Positions 1 to 9,643 of a stretch of DNA of 64,000 bases are shown piece by piece. The notes below the pieces were generated by a model. It made no database searches, had not been told where the DNA came from, and saw nothing but the letters and a program-made list of their open reading frames with translations. Made by a program: the position numbers and the translations under genes. The DNA comes from an uncultured Atribacterota bacterium (GTDB lineage: Bacteria > Atribacterota > JALVIU01): positions 452 through 64,451 of the forward strand of contig CAYWXH010000001.1 in the NCBI GenBank assembly GCA_964462295.1, in the 5' to 3' direction. How positions within the stretch are numbered: position 1 is the stretch's first letter; each line of letters starts with the position of its first letter.

Positions 1-964
1 ATTGTCCAGGAGTTATAGCATATTCACCCTCTTTTAAAAGAGCAACCTTTATCTTATTAGGAGATATATATTCAATTTTTGCTTCTTTTTCAGGTGTATT
101 GTATCTTACCTTTACCTTATAAATATTGTTTTCGGGTAATGTGTCATACGATGGGGATGTAAGATCTCCCACTATAAACCCTTTTTGGATAAGTTCTTCT
201 CTCTTAGAGAGTACTATTTTGTTCTCCTCTGGTAGAATTTCTCTTACATAGAGCCTTTGCCCTGAAGATACCCCAAGTCCTTTTCTCTGGCCGATGGTAT
301 AGAAGGGAATGCCTTTATGGATACCCAGTACTTTCCCATCTTTTGTAATAAACTCTCCCTCTTTTATATCTTTTTTATAAGCCCGTATCAACTCCTTATA
401 GCTATCCTTTATAAAACATATATCTTGACTTTCTTTTTTTGGAGGGAGCTTAAGTACCTTATCTTGCATCTTTCTTACCTCTTCTTTTGTGTATTTCCCT
501 AATGGAAAAATTGTTTCTCTAAGGTCTTTTTGGGTAAGTCTATAGAGAAAATAGGATTGATCTTTCTTCTTATCTTTTCCTTTTTTTATAAATAACCTTC
601 CTTTAATATCTACTATGTCTGCATAGTGACCAGTTGCAAAGATGTCTCCATATTCCAGTGCCTTTTTCTTTAGAATCCCAAATTTTATCCTAGGATTACA
701 CATTACACAGGGATTAGGAGTTCTTCCACTTAAATACTCTTTGATAAAGGGTTTTATGATTTCTCTTTTAAATATTTCTCTTATATCATATAGTATAAGT
801 TGAATACCTAAAACCTTTGCTATATCTTCTACTCTATTTATATCCATACTGTCTATATGTATCATGGTAATACCTACTACTTCATATCCTTTTTCCTTTA
901 GAATATATGCAGAAATGGCACTATCTATTCCACCACTTAGACCTACAACTATTTTTTTCTTCAT
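1..964 (-). CDS. mnmA: tRNA-specific 2-thiouridylase MnmA (C-terminal part runs off the window start; N-terminus and start codon are at 964)
   Basis: Reverse translation from 964 gives MKKKIVVGLSGGIDSAISAYILKEKGYEVVGI... (PP-loop SGGxDS), TPNPCVMCNPRIKFG (MnmA catalytic Cys region), DQSYFLYRL and DICFI motifs. The ATG overlaps the stop of the downstream ORF (ATGA). Not in the ORF track because it is truncated by the window edge. Confidence 0.8.
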   Translation of the reverse strand, partial: MKKKIVVGLSGGIDSAISAYILKEKGYEVVGITMIHIDSMDINRVEDIAKVLGIQLILYDIREIFKREIIKPFIKEYLSGRTPNPCVMCNPRIKFGILKKKALEYGDIFATGHYADIVDIKGRLFIKKGKDKKKDQSYFLYRLTQKDLRETIFPLGKYTKEEVRKMQDKVLKLPPKKESQDICFIKDSYKELIRAYKKDIKEGEFITKDGKVLGIHKGIPFYTIGQRKGLGVSSGQRLYVREILPEENKIVLSKREELIQKGFIVGDLTSPSYDTLPENNIYKVKVRYNTPEKEAKIEYISPNKIKVALLKEGEYAITPGQ

Positions 965-1935
965 CTTTGTATAAGATATTTCTTTATAGATTCTTTTTCT
1001 TGTGGATATACCTCTATTTCTGTCTTCTTTCCTTTTCTTTCTATAATTATCCATTCTTTTTTGTTTTCATGATCGGCATATGTAAGTGTAATTTCAGAAG
1101 ATAGATAAATATCCTCTTCTTTTTCTGATTGCAAAAGAGAGGTAGGTCCCATGATATTTTTAGGGTATAAGATAGTGTATCTGTTTTTGTATCCTGAGAG
1201 GATTTCGTTTTCTCTTTTATTTCGCCCTACTATAAGCTTTCTTCCAGATGGGAGCCTAAAGTGTCTTCCTATTTCTAAGAGTTTTATATTTTCCATATTG
1301 TATTCATTGTGATCTATAAGTTCTTTTAGTCTTTTTGCATACCCAGGATCTGTAAGTTTACACCCTCCTGAGGGTGTAGGATATTTTTCTATCCCGTATT
1401 TTTTTGCAAGTTCAAATTGGGGTTTTCGTGATCTACCTGATATGGCATATAGATGTTCTCTATTTACATATCCCAACTTTTCTGGCTCTGTTTCTGGTAG
1501 CAATTTTGCAGAGAGTGGTCTTAATATTTTTCCCGAGAGACCAGACTCTTCTTCCACTATCTTTAATGCTATTTTATTTTGGGACATAGGACGTTCTCCT
1601 TTTACCTCTCCTGTTATGAGAAAGGAAGCACCAACTTTTTCCATAAGCTCTCCTGCTTTTCTAAACATATATGCATGACAGTCTATACAAGGGTTCATAT
1701 TCTTTCCATACCCATGTTTTGGATTATGTACAAGATTTAGATATTCCTCACCAAATTCTATTATTTTTAACTCTATTCCCAAAAGTTTTGCATACTCTAT
1801 AGCCTTATCTGGAGAGTAAAAAGGGGATTTAAATGTAACTCCTATCACCTCTATATCTTCATCCATTATTATTTTTGTAGCAAGAATACTATCAAGCCCA
1901 CCAGAAAAGAGCGATATTGCCTTTATCTTTTTCAA
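961..1935 (-). CDS. PP-loop superfamily ATPase, ThiI-like tRNA sulfurtransferase family (no THUMP domain)
   Basis: N-terminal LFSGGLDS PP-loop; NPCIDCH; ITGEVKGERPMSQ and ILRPL resemble the ThiI adenylation domain; C-terminal PSGGCKL. Exact family (ThiI-like, TtuA or LarE-like) is not resolvable by eye. Confidence 0.6.
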   Translation of the reverse strand: MKKIKAISLFSGGLDSILATKIIMDEDIEVIGVTFKSPFYSPDKAIEYAKLLGIELKIIEFGEEYLNLVHNPKHGYGKNMNPCIDCHAYMFRKAGELMEKVGASFLITGEVKGERPMSQNKIALKIVEEESGLSGKILRPLSAKLLPETEPEKLGYVNREHLYAISGRSRKPQFELAKKYGIEKYPTPSGGCKLTDPGYAKRLKELIDHNEYNMENIKLLEIGRHFRLPSGRKLIVGRNKRENEILSGYKNRYTILYPKNIMGPTSLLQSEKEEDIYLSSEITLTYADHENKKEWIIIERKGKKTEIEVYPQEKESIKKYLIQR

Positions 1936-2825
1936 ATTGTTTCCCTCACCTCCTCTATTTTTTGAATATCTCCCTTTACTTGAATAAGGACGATGGCAAG
2001 GAATATAAGACCTGCCCCTAGCATTTTAGTATGTGTTAAGACCTCTCCTCGAAATATATACGCAAATAATCCTGCAAATACAGGTTCAAGAGAGAATATA
2101 AGTCCTGCTTCTGTATTGGGCATTTTGCTTTGAAACTTGTTTTGTATATAATATGCCAAAACTGTACCCAAAAGTGCATTTAATACTATACTTTGTAGGC
2201 CACTATACTTTATCGTAAAAGTATATGTACCCATAAAAAATGAAGTAATAAGGCTTAATATAGCTACTGTAAAAATCTGTACTATAAGAAGTTTTACGGG
2301 GTCGTATATTTTAGTATACCTACCTACAAGTACAATCTGAACTGCAAATAGAATTGCACAAATAAGGGTAAGCATATCACCTATGTTTACACTTTTTATT
2401 CCTCCTTTGGAAAAAGATAAGAGGTATAATCCAAAGACTGCAAGGATTGTTCCAAAAATAGTTACAAATGAGAGCTTCTCTTCCCTTAAGAAAAATGATA
2501 CAAATGGGACAAATACTACAAATAGTCCGGTAATAAAGGCATTGTTAGAAATAGTAGTGTATTTTAATCCTATAGTCTGTGATATATATGCAAAAAACAT
2601 TGTAATACCTATGAGAAAACCGATTTTAAATTCTTCTCTATTTATCTTTCTTTTTGATGGAAAAATGAGAATTAATGCCAAAAAAGCGAGCAAAAATCTG
2701 AGACCTATAAAATATATAGGGTCAAGGTGGGCTATACCATCTTTTACCCACATAAATGTAGCCCCCCAAATCATTGTTGCAAATACAATTGCAATTTTTG
2801 GTAAGTATTTATCTGCAAATTTCAT
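1932..2825 (-). CDS. EamA/DMT-family membrane transporter
   Basis: 297 aa, about 10 predicted TM helices in two repeated halves, typical EamA topology. The start overlaps the stop of the next ORF. Confidence 0.6.
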   Translation of the reverse strand: MKFADKYLPKIAIVFATMIWGATFMWVKDGIAHLDPIYFIGLRFLLAFLALILIFPSKRKINREEFKIGFLIGITMFFAYISQTIGLKYTTISNNAFITGLFVVFVPFVSFFLREEKLSFVTIFGTILAVFGLYLLSFSKGGIKSVNIGDMLTLICAILFAVQIVLVGRYTKIYDPVKLLIVQIFTVAILSLITSFFMGTYTFTIKYSGLQSIVLNALLGTVLAYYIQNKFQSKMPNTEAGLIFSLEPVFAGLFAYIFRGEVLTHTKMLGAGLIFLAIVLIQVKGDIQKIEEVRETI

Positions 2826-3975
2826 TATCTTTTACCCTTGTAAACAGTAATGTTCCTATTATCCCGAAAATTCCTGCTAATATAAAGGGAGAAATCTTCA
2901 TAAAGTGAACCATGAAGTATGCAGCAACAGCAGGGGTAAAAGAGGATAAAAGCCCACTTATTGTGGCAAAAAGTCCTATCATTTGTGAACGTAACCTCTG
3001 AGGGAAAACTCCTGTAAGATATGAGTTGTAGGCAATATGTCCCAATTGTGAAGTCATAAATACCAAAATAAAAGGTATTATATATAGAATATTTCTCCCA
3101 AGTAGGATCCATGTAAATAGAAAGATTATATGCAAGATTAAGTTTCCAGTAAGTACCCTTTTATCTGTATATTTTTTAATAAGGTATCCACCTATAAAGC
3201 TTATAATTACTGCTCCTAATCCTCCTATACTGTATAATATATTTACACTTGATTTGGTAAGTTTTAACACTTCTTTACTGTAAATGGCGATAAAGGGACC
3301 ATATGTAGTAAGGGAAAATACGGCATAGAAAAGGGCAGATGCTGTAAGTAAAATGATAAACGCCCTATTTTTTAGGACATCTCTTAATGGGAGTCTATTA
3401 AAGCCACTTTTTTCTCTTTTGTAAAAATGTGTTTCTTCTAAGAATAAAAGCCTTAATATCCCATTTATGAAGGCTATTATTGCTGTAATTAAAAGTAGAG
3501 TTTTTACTGTAGTGTATTTTAATAAAATACCGCCCATAAATTGCCCTAAGGCTATCCCTCCTGATGCACCTAATTCTAAGAGAGAAAATGCAGCGCCCTT
3601 TTCTTTTTCTGATACAGATTCTGCAATGAGTGCTATAAATGCAGGAAGCTGTATGGCAGATACCATATTCTGAACTGATGCAGTTATAACAAGCATAATC
3701 CAATTATGAAAAATGTACCCTAATAGGAAAAATAGGGCTGCTATAAAGGTGGGATATACTATTAGCCCTTTCCTGCCAAATGTATCAGAAAGTATCCCCC
3801 CTGGATATTGAAAGAGGAGAAAAGATATGGATATAATAGAATAGGAAAAACCTACCTGTATATCTGTAGCGCCAAGTTCCTTTAGATATATAGGTAGTAT
3901 AGTAAACCATGAAAATATGGAAAATGTCATTAATGCAACAGTTATTGATATGGTTATAATATTTTTGTTTTTCAT
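2809..3975 (-). CDS. MFS transporter
   Basis: 388 aa, 12-TM pattern; GRKGLIV-type loop between TM2 and TM3 typical of the major facilitator superfamily. Confidence 0.65.
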   Translation of the reverse strand: MKNKNIITISITVALMTFSIFSWFTILPIYLKELGATDIQVGFSYSIISISFLLFQYPGGILSDTFGRKGLIVYPTFIAALFFLLGYIFHNWIMLVITASVQNMVSAIQLPAFIALIAESVSEKEKGAAFSLLELGASGGIALGQFMGGILLKYTTVKTLLLITAIIAFINGILRLLFLEETHFYKREKSGFNRLPLRDVLKNRAFIILLTASALFYAVFSLTTYGPFIAIYSKEVLKLTKSSVNILYSIGGLGAVIISFIGGYLIKKYTDKRVLTGNLILHIIFLFTWILLGRNILYIIPFILVFMTSQLGHIAYNSYLTGVFPQRLRSQMIGLFATISGLLSSFTPAVAAYFMVHFMKISPFILAGIFGIIGTLLFTRVKDNEICR

Positions 3976-3999
3976 GTTTTGTATTTTATCAGAAAGCCT

Positions 4000-5124
4000 T
4001 TAATTTTGCAAATATTTTATATATAATCTGAAGGTCTTATAGTGTATCCCGCCTAATTTTTCCGCATCATTTCTCATGGATAGATTATCTTTTCCTATAG
4101 TGCCTCCTTCTACCCATTTATACCCATATTGTTTGGCGAATTTAAGCCCTTTCAAGTATATGCTTGAGGAAACGCCTTTTTTGTGCCAAGAGGGAATTAC
4201 AAACATTATAAAAGATTTTGCACTTTTTATCCTTTTTTTATAATACAAAAATTTTAGCCATCCAAAGGGAAATATATGACCATTTAATCTTTTTAATACT
4301 TCGTTATAATTAGGTAGTGATACATTAAATCCTATTGGTTCACCTTTTTTTGAATATGCCATTATCAATGAACCTGGAACTCCTAGAGGTTTAAGCTCTT
4401 TTGCGGTTTCTTTTATCTCTTCTATTGTAGGAGGAATTATTGGATCTAACCAATCATCTGGTATCGCATGATCCATTACATATTTTAAGTCATATATTAC
4501 TTTATTTATCTCTTTAGGATTTATTGCCTGTATAGTAAAACCATACTTATCCATAGCATATCTTGTTCCATTTTCATATCTTCTTAAGTCTAGCTTTTCA
4601 AGATGAAAAATATAAGAATAAAATTCATAATATGTTTTATAGCCTAGCTCTTCTATAAAATTTTTATAATAAGAAGGATTATAACTCTCTAAAAGTGATG
4701 GAGATGTTTCGAAGTTTTTTACCAAAAGTCCTCTAAAATCATCCCCATTAGTAGGTGAAATAGGGCCTTTTATTTGAGTCATATTTCTTTTCTTAGCATA
4801 TTTCTCCACTTCTGAGAATAAAAGATTTACTACTTTTTTATCATTTACTGCCTCAAATAGGGTAAAGTATGTCTCCTTTGCCCCTTTTGTTTCATTAAAG
4901 AACTTATCGATACCGCAAGTAATTCTTCCCAAGACTTTACCCTTATCTTTTACTATAAAGTGTGTATAGGGTCCTCTTTTAAATAATGGTGTATTGCCTT
5001 GTGCAATTTTCTTTGCATCTGAAATAAGGGGAGGTACCCAATAAGGGTCTTCCTTGTAAAGATTGAAAGGAAACATTATAAATTCTTTTAGGAGTTTAGG
5101 TGTATTTACTTCATAGATTCTCAT
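4000..5124 (-). CDS. hypothetical protein (possibly FemAB/GNAT-like acyltransferase fold; unrecognised)
   Basis: 374-aa soluble ORF with good coding-like composition and no obvious catalytic motif. The fold suggestion is a weak guess. Confidence 0.3.
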   Translation of the reverse strand: MRIYEVNTPKLLKEFIMFPFNLYKEDPYWVPPLISDAKKIAQGNTPLFKRGPYTHFIVKDKGKVLGRITCGIDKFFNETKGAKETYFTLFEAVNDKKVVNLLFSEVEKYAKKRNMTQIKGPISPTNGDDFRGLLVKNFETSPSLLESYNPSYYKNFIEELGYKTYYEFYSYIFHLEKLDLRRYENGTRYAMDKYGFTIQAINPKEINKVIYDLKYVMDHAIPDDWLDPIIPPTIEEIKETAKELKPLGVPGSLIMAYSKKGEPIGFNVSLPNYNEVLKRLNGHIFPFGWLKFLYYKKRIKSAKSFIMFVIPSWHKKGVSSSIYLKGLKFAKQYGYKWVEGGTIGKDNLSMRNDAEKLGGIHYKTFRLYIKYLQN

Positions 5125-5279
5125 TATAGTTTTTTATCCCTTCTTCTTTTATATGATTATATGGACAGTTTCTATGCATATTAAGATACAAAATTTATAT
5201 AACTACAGTATTTGTATTTGGCATTATAGCAAAAAGAAATTGAATTTACAAGCTCCGATAAATTAGGATATGCGCCCAT

Positions 5280-6182
5280 TTACTTTTCGTCTTGGAGTTT
5301 TTCTTTTAGATAATCTATAAATAATTTTGTAACAGGAAAGAATTCTTTTTCTCTTCTCTTTATAAGTAACACAAATCTTTTAGTATCAATGTCTTCTAAT
5401 TCTACACCCTTAAGTAATCCAAACTCTACCTCTTCTTTTATTGACAGTACTGAAAGAACTGCAACTCCAAGTCCTTTTTCCACCATCTTTTTTACAGCCT
5501 CGACATTTCCAAATTCCATAAAAGGGGAAATGATGTACCCTTTTTTGGTGAGTGATAATTCGAAAAAAGCCCTAAGTGATGACTTTTTCTCTGTAAGAAT
5601 TAGATTTTCCTTTCTTAAATCCTTAATTTTTACCTTTTTTCTTTTTGCAAGCTTATGTTTAGGGTGTACGGCTAAGATGAGATTATCTTCTATAAGTGGT
5701 TCTATTTCAAAGATGTTTTTTGTTTTCTCTGTGCCTCGTTCATCTACAATACCGAAATCCACCTCATTTTCCTCTACCATATTTAAAATTTCATGTGCAT
5801 AGGTTATTCTTACGTGTGTTTCAATATTAGGATAAGTTTTTTTAAAGTCTTTTAGTATATCTGGGATTATATGTATTCCTGAGATCATGCCTGCCCCAAA
5901 ATTTAATTTGCCAAATGTGGGGTCTTTTATCTTTTTAACCGCAAGTTTTGCCTCTTCAAAAATAGATATGATTTTTTCTGCATAAGGAAGGAGCGTCTCT
6001 CCGGCTTTAGTAAGATATACCCTTCTTCCTATTCTTTCAAAGAGTTTGATTCCATATCTTTCTTCTAAAGAGCTTATTTGTGAGCTCACGGCAGGTTGGG
6101 TTAAGTTTAGCTCTTCTGCTGCTTTTGTAAAACTTTTAGTTCGAGCTATTGTATAAAAAGTCTTTAATTTTTCAAGATCCAT
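5280..6182 (-). CDS. LysR-family transcriptional regulator
   Basis: N-terminal HTH FTKAAEELNLTQPAVSSQISSLEERYGIKLFER; about 300 aa with a C-terminal substrate-binding domain. Divergent from the pit gene. Confidence 0.85.
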   Translation of the reverse strand: MDLEKLKTFYTIARTKSFTKAAEELNLTQPAVSSQISSLEERYGIKLFERIGRRVYLTKAGETLLPYAEKIISIFEEAKLAVKKIKDPTFGKLNFGAGMISGIHIIPDILKDFKKTYPNIETHVRITYAHEILNMVEENEVDFGIVDERGTEKTKNIFEIEPLIEDNLILAVHPKHKLAKRKKVKIKDLRKENLILTEKKSSLRAFFELSLTKKGYIISPFMEFGNVEAVKKMVEKGLGVAVLSVLSIKEEVEFGLLKGVELEDIDTKRFVLLIKRREKEFFPVTKLFIDYLKEKLQDEK

Positions 6183-6412
6183 ATGACACCTCTCATTTTT
6201 ATATTAGCTTATAACTCTATTTTATCATAAAAATTAAAATAATTAATTTGACAAATAAAAAAAATTGTATTATTCTTTAAAAAAATCGAATAATTTAGAA
6301 ACAGTAGCTTAAGGTTAATTAGAAGGGCTAAAATAAAATTTTTAGGTTTTTTATTATAATAGAAAAATATATTAAAATAAAATAGCGTATAATTATAAAG
6401 GAGGAAAGTTCT

Positions 6413-7342
6413 ATGTTTAAACTTTTGGGTGGTATCTTTCTAGGTTGGTCTTTAGGTAGTAATGATTCTGCCAATGTTTTTGGTACAGCAGTTGCAAATA
6501 ATATCATTAAATTTAGAACTGCTGTTACAATTCTTGCTACTTTAGTGTTAATAGGGGCCCTTGCAGAGGGATATAAGGGTTTTGCAACTCTTGGTAATAT
6601 CACTCGTCAAACTCCTATTACTGCAACAGTCGCATCTTTTGCTGCAGCACTAACGGTAACACTTATGACATACTTAGGTCTTCCTGTCTCAACATCGCAA
6701 GCAATAGTGGGTGCAATTATTGGCATAGGTATTGTAAATCATAATGTAAACCTTTCTGCTCTTCCTAAAATTTTTTCGGCATGGGTACTTACACCTGTTG
6801 GCGCTGCAATAATTTCTTTTTTGCTTTATCTTGCTATAAGAATAATAATAAAAAAGTATATAAAAAATCAGGTGCTTTTTGACAAGTTTATACTTGTTGG
6901 ATTTTATCTTGTTGGTGGATATGGGGCGTATGCGTTAGGTGCAAATAATGTTGCAAATGTTACTGGTATATATGTTACTTCAGGAATGCTTACTCCTTTT
7001 ATGGGGGCATTGTTAGGAGGGCTCTCTATAGGTTTTGGAGCAATTACTTATAGTAAGAATGTTATGATGACTGTAGGAAAAAAACTTTTGCCCCTTGATT
7101 ATTACTCTGCATTTATTGCTATCCTTGCAGAAGCTATAACTGTTCATATCTATGCGGTAATAGGCATCCCAGTTTCTACTTCTCAGGCAATAGTAGGGGG
7201 AGTTTTGGGGATAGGCCTTGTTACAGGTACCCGAACAATTAACAAGAGAACCCTTAGAAATATTCTTTTTGGTTGGGTAGGTACACCCACTATAGCAGGT
7301 GTCATTTCTTTTGGTATATTTAAGTTAGTAGGTTTACTATAA
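6413..7342 (+). CDS. PiT-family inorganic phosphate transporter
   Basis: Duplicated GSNDSANVFGTAV and GANNVANVTG signatures (PHO4/PiT motif GANDVAN); multi-TM; RBS aaaggagg. Confidence 0.85.
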   Translation: MFKLLGGIFLGWSLGSNDSANVFGTAVANNIIKFRTAVTILATLVLIGALAEGYKGFATLGNITRQTPITATVASFAAALTVTLMTYLGLPVSTSQAIVGAIIGIGIVNHNVNLSALPKIFSAWVLTPVGAAIISFLLYLAIRIIIKKYIKNQVLFDKFILVGFYLVGGYGAYALGANNVANVTGIYVTSGMLTPFMGALLGGLSIGFGAITYSKNVMMTVGKKLLPLDYYSAFIAILAEAITVHIYAVIGIPVSTSQAIVGGVLGIGLVTGTRTINKRTLRNILFGWVGTPTIAGVISFGIFKLVGLL

Positions 7343-7373
7343 ATATTTAGAATAAATATAAGGAGGTTTAAAG

Positions 7374-8024
7374 ATGGGTCTTTGGAGAAATGAAGAAAAA
7401 GCTGAGGAGTATATAATTAATCATTTTAACTTGGTAATAGAAGAGTTTGATTATTATACTGATTGTTTAAAATCATATTTTGATAATGATTGTCAGGTCG
7501 ATGATGCTATTATAGAAAAAGTGGAAAAGGTTCATAAGGCCGAAGGTAAGTGTGATACCGTAAGGAGAGAATTTAAAGAATTTCTTTATGAAGGTGGTAT
7601 TTTACCAGAGGTAAGAGAAGATCTTATGAAACTTATCGATGCAAATGATAGGATTGCAAACAGGATAGAATATATAACAGATTTTTATACACTTCAAAAA
7701 ATTCATATCTTTCACTCTATAATAGATGAAGTATATAAGATGAATGAAGAATCGCGTAAAGGACTTCTTGCGTTAAAGGATGCCCTTTCCCTCTTTTTTA
7801 CCGATCATGATAAGGCAAAAGAAGCTATAATAGCTGTTCAGAAATCTGAACACATAGTGGATACTTATGAAAGAAAACTTATAATCAAAGTATTTGACAT
7901 GAACGTTTCTCTATCTGAAAAGATGATATTAAGAGAGCTCATAAATCTTATAGGAGATGTTTCTGATTTCTCCGAAAACTCGGGAGATATTATTAATATG
8001 ATAATGATTAAGAGAAGTTTATAA
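7374..8024 (+). CDS. DUF47 (PhoU-like, TIGR00153) phosphate-transport regulator-like protein
   Basis: 216-aa helical protein immediately downstream of pit, the canonical pit partner; RBS aaggagg. Confidence 0.7.
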   Translation: MGLWRNEEKAEEYIINHFNLVIEEFDYYTDCLKSYFDNDCQVDDAIIEKVEKVHKAEGKCDTVRREFKEFLYEGGILPEVREDLMKLIDANDRIANRIEYITDFYTLQKIHIFHSIIDEVYKMNEESRKGLLALKDALSLFFTDHDKAKEAIIAVQKSEHIVDTYERKLIIKVFDMNVSLSEKMILRELINLIGDVSDFSENSGDIINMIMIKRSL

Positions 8025-8063
8025 AAGGGCATGGGCCCTTAATAAAAAAAGGGGGGTAATACT

Positions 8064-9005
8064 ATGAAAAAGAAGAGTCTTTTATTGATATCTGTTTTAT
8101 CTTTACTGATATTGCTTTTTTCAGGGTTTTCTTATGCAGAAGGATATTTATATCAACAAAATATTGAAAAATATCAGCCATTATCCTTGGTTACTTCAAG
8201 AGAATATAAGTTCTTATTGGGGACAACACCTTTTGTAAATGGCTTAGATAACGGGTATAAGAAATTATGGGAAATAGCAAAGGCTGTTGCAAAAGAAAAA
8301 GGGTTTCAAGTAAAAGAGAATGAAGATGCATTTAAAGTTGGTATTTCTGCAAAAATTTACATGGATACACAAGATGCCCTTCTAAGAGTAGCAGGGTATG
8401 TACTTCGGAAACAGATAAAATATAAGAAGGGTAAACCTACGACATCTTACAAATTTACGGCCAAATTCATAAGCCCTGATCTTTACAAAGTACTCGGTAC
8501 CAGTTTTCCTCTTCCTGTTGGTATTAAGAGTTCCAGAAAGATAGAGGAGAATGTTTCTCTTGATAAAAATGGAAATCTTAGAAGCTATTTTGAAAATGCT
8601 ATAAAGGTAAAGACAAAAAAAGAGCTTTGTAAAGATACTTTTGGAAGCTGGAAAGCCCTCTTTTTAGGTCTTGGTAATACATGTATGGCAAATGAAGTAA
8701 AATTGATTCCTCGTGTTGCCTATTCTTATAAGGTAGAACCAGGTGTTATATTGTTTGGTGATGGAGTAAAGGGTGAGGTAGAAATAGAGCTTTGGACACA
8801 TGAGTTAGGAGGAGCTCCTTTTACAGGGGAGTTTTCTTTTACAATAAAAACAAAGGATTATTATAAAGTAAAGAATGCACTTAAAAATTCAGAAGATTTT
8901 TATAGGGCATTTGCAAGTGCCGCCTTTAATTTTGCACCAAAAGATGCTTTTAAGTGGAAAGGTTCAAAAGTTAGGGTATTGTTCAATATGCCAGTAGAAA
9001 AATAA
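8064..9005 (+). CDS. secreted protein of unknown function
   Basis: Signal peptide MKKKSLLLISVLSLLILLFSGFSYA; no recognised motif. Contains REYKFLLG, reminiscent of the CYTH beta-1 strand, but lacks the full ExExK. Confidence 0.4.
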   Translation: MKKKSLLLISVLSLLILLFSGFSYAEGYLYQQNIEKYQPLSLVTSREYKFLLGTTPFVNGLDNGYKKLWEIAKAVAKEKGFQVKENEDAFKVGISAKIYMDTQDALLRVAGYVLRKQIKYKKGKPTTSYKFTAKFISPDLYKVLGTSFPLPVGIKSSRKIEENVSLDKNGNLRSYFENAIKVKTKKELCKDTFGSWKALFLGLGNTCMANEVKLIPRVAYSYKVEPGVILFGDGVKGEVEIELWTHELGGAPFTGEFSFTIKTKDYYKVKNALKNSEDFYRAFASAAFNFAPKDAFKWKGSKVRVLFNMPVEK

Positions 9006-9030
9006 AAAATAGTTATGGGGGTGTATAGTT

Positions 9031-9627
9031 ATGGGAGAAGATCTTTCTAAAATAATACCAAGATGGGAATGGAGGACTTTTGGGGAGAATTTTGGAGAGG
9101 CCGAAGATAAGATAAGGTCTCATGAGATGAAAACTGAAAAGAGAAGTGCTGAGGTATACATTTTGTCTACGGAAAGCATGCAAAACACGAAGATAAGAGA
9201 TGGGCTTATGGATATCAAGGTCCTTCAAAATGTAAATGAAGATGGATTAGAACAGTGGAAGCCCGTATTTAAAGAGGCCTTTCCCCTTAAGAAAGAGCAG
9301 ATTACTGAGGTTTTCAAATTTTTCAAGGTGGATGTTCCAGAATTTAAAAAGGATGTCTATTCTTTTGATGAATTCTTAGAAGAACTTATCAAACCCTGCA
9401 AAAAGTTGAAGGCTATTGATGTTACAAAGGTAAGACATATATATAATATAAATGAATGCATAGTAGAGATAGCAGAGGTTACAGGGGATGGAAAACCTAC
9501 AAGGACAGTAGCAGTAGAACAGGAAGATCCTAAGAAAGTTGTTGAAACAGTAGAAAGTTTGGGACTTAAAGGTTTTGAGAATATAAATTATATTAAGGCT
9601 CTTAAAAGACTTGTAGGTATGCTATAA
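9031..9627 (+). CDS. hypothetical protein, possible divergent CYTH/triphosphate-tunnel-like domain
   Basis: 198 aa, a CYTH-like size. N-terminal WEWRTF loosely recalls hExExKF; C-terminal VEIAEV recalls the CYTH ExExE strand. Sits directly upstream of Ppx/GppA. Speculative. Confidence 0.3.
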   Translation: MGEDLSKIIPRWEWRTFGENFGEAEDKIRSHEMKTEKRSAEVYILSTESMQNTKIRDGLMDIKVLQNVNEDGLEQWKPVFKEAFPLKKEQITEVFKFFKVDVPEFKKDVYSFDEFLEELIKPCKKLKAIDVTKVRHIYNINECIVEIAEVTGDGKPTRTVAVEQEDPKKVVETVESLGLKGFENINYIKALKRLVGML

Positions 9628-9643
9628 TTAGGGGGTGATATAA

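Noticed and set aside
6183-6412. Very AT-rich 230-bp lysR/pit divergent region inspected for Pho boxes or small RNAs.
   Set aside because: Only generic promoter-like hexamers and a possible T-N11-A LysR-type dyad (ataactctattttat) were seen. There is no repeated Pho-box-like direct repeat and no structured element.
9031-9627. Calling the 198-aa ORF a definite CYTH/TTM enzyme.
   Set aside because: The canonical ExExK is degenerate (WEWR), and the only support is size, a C-terminal ExAEV strand and Ppx adjacency. It is kept as a hypothesis in the findings, not asserted as a feature call.
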